Assembly: GCA_012862495.1 (NCBI GenBank)
Contig: BLSG01000378.1
Location: 177,863-216,376 of the forward strand
DNA: 38,514 nt
Origin: Thraustochytrium aureum
Taxonomy: Eukaryota
Reading direction: 5' to 3'
Below, in pieces: positions 33,501 through 38,514 of this stretch. Below the pieces are notes generated by a model. That model was not told the origin of the DNA and did no database searches. It worked only from the letters and a program-made list of their open reading frames with translations. Position numbers and translations under genes: made by a program. Numbering within the stretch: position 1 is the first letter of the stretch; each line of letters begins with the position of its first letter.

Positions 33501-36003
33501 CTAGTCCACCGCCGAGGCTCGGATGCGGTGGTTGCCGGCACGCCCTCGCTGCGCTTCCCTGCGATGGCAGCCAGCGGACAGGCAGGTCAGCACGTTGTTG
33601 CCCTCGCGCAGCTGCTGCCCGGGGAGCCGCGGACTCGGAGCCCGACAAGTTGAATATCAACAGTCCGAGGAGGGCTACCTCCTCAGGCTGCCCGATGCGG
33701 CTCCCCGAAGACCAAGGACCGAGCGGAAACGCTGTTTAGATTCCGCGTGAATGGGTGGGTGGTTTGTTGGCTGGCAGTGATTCCACCGGTCGGTGTCACA
33801 CTTACTTACTGACAAGGCATGCCANNNNNNNNNNNNNNNNNNNNNNNNNNNNNNNNNNNNNNNNNNNNNNNNNNNNNNNNNNNNNNNNNNNNNNNNNNNN
33901 NNNNNNNNNNNNNNNNNNNNNNNNNNNNNNNNNNNNNNNNNNNNNNNNNNNNNNNNNNNNNNNNNNNNNNNNNNNNNNNNNNNNNNNNNNNNNNNNNNNN
34001 NNNNNNNNNNNNNNNNNNNNNNNNNNNNNNNNNNNNNNNNNNNNNNNNNNNNNNNNNNNNNNNNNNNNNNNNNNNNNNNNNNNNNNNNNNNNNNNNNNNN
34101 NNNNNNNNNNNNNNNNNNNNNNNNNNNNNNNNNNNNNNNNNNNNNNNNNNNNNNNNNNNNNNNNNNNNNNNNNNNNNNNNNNNNNNNNNNNNNNNNNNNN
34201 NNNNNNNNNNNNNNNNNNNNNNNNNNNNNNNNNNNNNNNNNNNNNNNNNNNNNNNNNNNNNNNNNNNNNNNNNNNNNNNNNNNNNNNNNNNNNNNNNNNN
34301 NNNNNNNNNNNNNNNNNNNNNNNNNNNNNNNNNNNNNNNNNNNNNNNNNNNNNNNNNNNNNNNNNNNNNNNNNNNNNNNNNNNNNNNNNNNNNNNNNNNN
34401 NNNNNNNNNNNNNNNNNNNNNNNNNNNNNNNNNNNNNNNNNNNNNNNNNNNNNNNNNNNNNNNNNNNNNNNNNNNNNNNNNNNNNNNNNNNNNNNNNNNN
34501 NNNNNNNNNNNNNNNNNNNNNNNNNNNNNNNNNNNNNNNNNNNNNNNNNNNNNNNNNNNNNNNNNNNNNNNNNNNNNNNNNNNNNNNNNNNNNNNNNNNN
34601 NNNNNNNNNNNNNNNNNNNNNNNNNNNNNNNNNNNNNNNNNNNNNNNNNNNNNNNNNNNNNNNNNNNNNNNNNNNNNNNNNNNNNNNNNNNNNNNNNNNN
34701 NNNNNNNNNNNNNNNNNNNNNNNNNNNNNNNNNNNNNNNNNNCCTGCGCGGCGGCACTTCTTTCTCCTCCAGTCTGGAGCAAGCGCTGGTGGTTGTTGCG
34801 GCGGCGTTCGCTTGCGGGGGCGAAAGGGCACTCCACGGGGCACCAATAGCCTCGTCACTGACGAGGTGCGAGTTGGGCCGGGTGCGGGGTCGAGGTCGCC
34901 TAAAGGCAGGCTTCTCACAGCGCAAGCTGGGTTGCGTGGCAGGCAGGCAGGCAGGAGGGGCATGATGTGGCGCAGCATACAACGAACGCTCCTCCGTCCG
35001 AATTCACTGCCAAGAGGAGGGCCTACCGTGCCCACGTGTTGGCTCCCTCACGCCCGACATCGCCACTGGGCACTCACTGATCAAAGCGAGCCATGAACTC
35101 GGCGCGCCCGCGGCCAGAGCACCAACCTCCGCGAACGAGAAGACGTGCGAGGAAGAAAAACAAAGCACTCTCGAAAGGTAGAGTACCAAGGCAAGGCAAG
35201 GGAAGGCGAGCTCTCGGGTCGGGTCGAAAACCAACGGCCCTCGCATGAATGAGCCAGCCGGCCGCGAGAAAGGAAGGAGGGTCCCCTGTTCATGCAGCAT
35301 CAGTCCTGGCCGTCAGGAAGCCGCACGGAGGGGCAACGAGCTTTCGCGCCAGCCTCTAAGAGGCGCGCAAGTCATCGAAACCATCCAACCAGGCAGGAGC
35401 CGCTCAAGAGCCTGCGGCGCGCAAGAGGAGGAAGCGCGAAACGTTGCCCAACTCGCGCGGTTCGCGGTCCAAACTTGGTCCAAACGGTTTTACCTCTGCG
35501 AGGGCCACTTGACTGTGCTGCGCAGCAGGTTCTCTCCAGCTGCGCGGGCGCTCAATGGACCTGAAGAAGCTGACCAGTTCCCGCTGCTCACAAGCGGACA
35601 GGCCGACGAAGGGACAAAACCAACAAACGCCCGCGAAGGGCCGGGAAGAGGAAGGGCCTGCAAGGACCTCGCTCACAGCCCAGGAACGGAGGACGGCTAC
35701 CGACGTACCTGCCTGCCTGGCTGCCGGGGCGTTGGAAGAGGAAGGGGAAGGCCCAGAGCTGAAAAAAGAAAAGCAATCAAAACGTTGGAGCGAAAATAAA
35801 ATAGATCCCCTGCGCCTGCCGTGCAAACAAGACTCGGACGCAAGGACGGCGGGCCGAGTACCGAGCGGCTGGCTGGCACTTGCAGGCTGGAGAGGAGGCG
35901 GCTGTGGTTGGAGTGTGCTTGGTCGGCCTCCGCGTCTTGCCACGATTGGCCGGCCTGTGTTCAGCCTTGGTTGGTTTGCCTCTGCGCCGTTCAAGTTGCC
36001 TTC

Positions 36004-36056
36004 TTTGTTTGGGATCTTCAAGCGTTTGTTTGGCATCTTCAAGTTGTTTGGCATCT
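36004..36056. repeat. Short imperfect tandem repeat (ttgtttggcatcttcaag, three copies)
   Basis: ttgtttgggatcttcaagcgtttgtttggcatcttcaagttgtttggcatctt is directly visible. Confidence 0.7.
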
Positions 36057-37054
36057 TGGTTAGCATCCCGTTTCTGGGGTCGGGTTACCTTCCTCCGCGT
36101 CCTTCCTTCCTTNNNNNNNNNNNNNNNNNNNNNNNNNNNNNNNNNNNNNNNNNNNNNNNNNNNNNNNNNNNNNNNNNNNNNNNNNNNNNNNNNNNNNNNN
36201 NNNNNNNNNNNNNNNNNNNNNNNNNNNNNNNNNNNNNNNNNNNNNNNNNNNNNNNNNNNNNNNNNNNNNNNNNNNNNNNNNNNNNNNNNNNNNNNNNNNN
36301 NNNNNNNNNNNNNNNNNNNNNNNNNNNNNNNNNNNNNNNNNNNNNNNNNNNNNNNNNNNNNNNNNNNNNNNNNNNNNNNNNNNNNNNNNNNNNNNNNNNN
36401 NNNNNNNNNNNNNNNNNNNNNNNNNNNNNNNNNNNNNNNNNNNNNNNNNNNNNNNNNNNNNNNNNNNNNNNNNNNNNNNNNNNNNNNNNNNNNNNNNNNN
36501 NNNNNNNNNNNNNNNNNNNNNNNNNNNNNNNNNNNNNNNNNNNNNNNNNNNNNNNNNNNNNNNNNNNNNNNNNNNNNNNNNNNNNNNNNNNNNNNNNNNN
36601 NNNNNNNNNNNNNNNNNNNNNNNNNNNNNNNNNNNNNNNNNNNNNNNNNNNNNNNNNNNNNNNNNNNNNNNNNNNNNNNNNNNNNNNNNNNNNNNNNNNN
36701 NNNNNNNNNNNNNNNNNNNNNNNNNNNNNNNNNNNNNNNNNNNNNNNNNNNNNNNNNNNNNNNNNNNNNNNNNNNNNNNNNNNNNNNNNNNNNNNNNNNN
36801 NNNNNNNNNNNNNNNNNNNNNNNNNNNNNNNNNNNNNNNNNNNNNNNNNNNNNNNNNNNNNNNNNNNNNNNNNNNNNNNNNNNNNNNNNNNNNNNNNNNN
36901 NNNNNNNNNNNNNNNNNNNNNNNNNNNNNNNNNNNNNNNNNNNNNNNNNNNNNNNNNNNNNNNNNNNNNNNNNNNNNNNNNNNNNNNNNNNNNNNNNNNN
37001 NNNNNNNNNNNNNNNNNNNNNNNNNNNNNNNNNNNNNNNNNNNNNNNNNNNNNN

Positions 37055-38514
37055 CTGTTCGTGACCCACGACCCGCCCATGATGGACAAGGCAGAGGCGA
37101 TGCTCAACAAGATGCGCACAGAGTACTGCCTCGAGGTGGACACGATCGTGCTCAACAGCATGATCAAGGGCTTCGGCCGCATGCGCCCGCCGCAGATCGA
37201 AAAGCGATGGACATCTTCCGGCTCATTGTTTCGAGCGACTCGCTCAAACCAACGAGCCACACGTTCAGCTCGCTCGCTAACGCGCTGTGCTCGGAGGGGC
37301 GCGCAGAACAGGCCGAAGAGCTCGTCAGGTCCATGGACACCTTCGGGCTCGAGGCTTGCGCGATCCACTACAACATTCTCCTCAAGGGGTACTCCAAGTG
37401 CCGCTGCAAGCTCCGCAACGGGTCGTGCAAGTGCCGCGTCTGCACCTGCTCCGACCCCGAGCGCTCCATGGAGCTCCTGCACGAGATGGAGTCGCGCGGC
37501 CTTCAGTGCGACATCGTCACGTTGCAGAGCCTCATAGAGGCCTTTTGCTCAGCGGCGCAGACGGACCGCGCGCTCAGCATCATCAACAACGTCATGCGCA
37601 ATCCCTCCAACCCAGAGTCCCTCCGCCCCACGGTCAACGTTTTCAACATGGTGCTGCGCGGAATTTGCATCAAGTACTACCTCCCCACCCCGGGCGACCC
37701 CGCGCGGTGTGGCGGCAAGCAGCTCACACTTGAGAGCATCAACGTCGAGGGCCGCGACGACGCGTTTGCCGAGGCCGACCGTGTCGTCAGCGATATGGTG
37801 ACCTCGGGCCTTCAGCCTGACGACGTCACGCTCAACACGCGACTGGGGATGTATTGCTCATTCGGGTGCATCACAGAAGCCCGCAACTTCCTGACGGCCA
37901 ACCGCTCTGCGTACGAGAAGACCGCCAACGTGCTCATTGCGTACAACATCCTGCTCAACTCGTTCAGCAGCCCCCTCGTGCACCTCGCTGCGGCAGATCT
38001 CATGATGCTCGTGTCCGAGCTGCTCGAGGAGATGGCGCGGTCCGGCGTGGAGGCCGACACGATCTCGCTCAACACGATTGTCAAGGTTTTCGTCGACAAG
38101 GGGCTCGTTGACGAAGCCGAGATGTGCTTGATGGCGCTGCTTCCCGATTTGGCGCCCGCGCGCGGAGCCGCCTCCTCGACGAAGCCAGAGATGCCAGCCG
38201 CGCCCGGCCCGCAGTCCGCGACCACGCATAGAGCTAGGACGAGCTCGACGTTCTTGGCACCCTCGCGAGTTGCCCCCAACTCGACCACGTTTTCAACTCT
38301 CGTCAGCGGGTTTCTCGCGAAGGGCCGGCGCGACGGTGCCGAGCGGGTCATGCGTCTCGGAGAGACGCGATTCAACATTTGGCTCATGCCGTCGCTTCGC
38401 GCTGCGGTTTTGGGCTCGGGTGCTGACGGAGCAGTGCCCGCGACTGTGCCTGCTGTGGCGCCGGAGCCTGCTGTTGGGTCTGCAGGCTCGGGCGTTGGCG
38501 AGGAGTCATCATCG
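37055..38514 (+). CDS. Pentatricopeptide repeat (PPR) protein, partial at both ends; frameshift at ~37203
   Basis: Repeated ~35-aa units: DTIVLNSMIKGFGR, TSHTFSSLANALCSEGRAEQAEELVRSM, IHYNILLKGYSK, DIVTLQSLIEAFCSAAQTDRAL, PTVNVFNMVLRG, PDDVTLN, AYNILLNSF, DTISLNTIVKVFVDKG, PNSTTFSTLVSGF. After adding one A to gaaaag the frame is open to the window end, which is why the ORF track misses it. Confidence 0.92.

Noticed and set aside
31934..37054. Long ORFs in the six-frame track spanning N runs
   Set aside because: They are artefacts of translating gaps as X.
1117..38514. Frequent frameshifts in otherwise conserved genes (programmed frameshifting, RNA editing or mass pseudogenisation)
   Set aside because: They are both +1 and -1, fall mostly in short homopolymer runs with no shared slippery motif, and hit essential genes such as VPS16 and the flippase. 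In a gap-rich assembly this fits sequencing indel error.

Overview
GC-rich, gene-dense, intron-poor eukaryotic scaffold with many N gaps. Gene content and style suggest a heterotrophic stramenopile such as a thraustochytrid/labyrinthulomycete (inference only). About 12 protein-coding genes can be supported. In order: a small GPI-anchored Cys-rich protein, a DH-PH RhoGEF, a GlnA4-type glutamine-synthetase-like enzyme with a probable mitochondrial presequence, an NRPS-like A-(T?)-R enzyme of the glycine-betaine-reductase (ATRR) type apparently fused to a bacterial-type NPPW methyltransferase, a TPR protein, a membrane-anchored GH5 homologue lacking both catalytic glutamates, a small type II membrane protein, a P4-ATPase flippase with two clear GT-AG introns, a FAM173-like lysine methyltransferase fused to a Pkr1-like V-ATPase assembly domain, Vps16 with an internally triplicated segment, a long low-complexity protein and a PPR protein. 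Most long genes are broken by single-base indels, mainly in homopolymer runs, which look like sequencing errors. The most notable items are the A-(T)-R-methyltransferase plus GlnA4 pair with a repeated upstream motif, and the methyltransferase-Pkr1 fusion. All family assignments come from motif recognition from memory, not database searches. No rRNA, tRNA, CRISPR array or recognisable transposon was seen.
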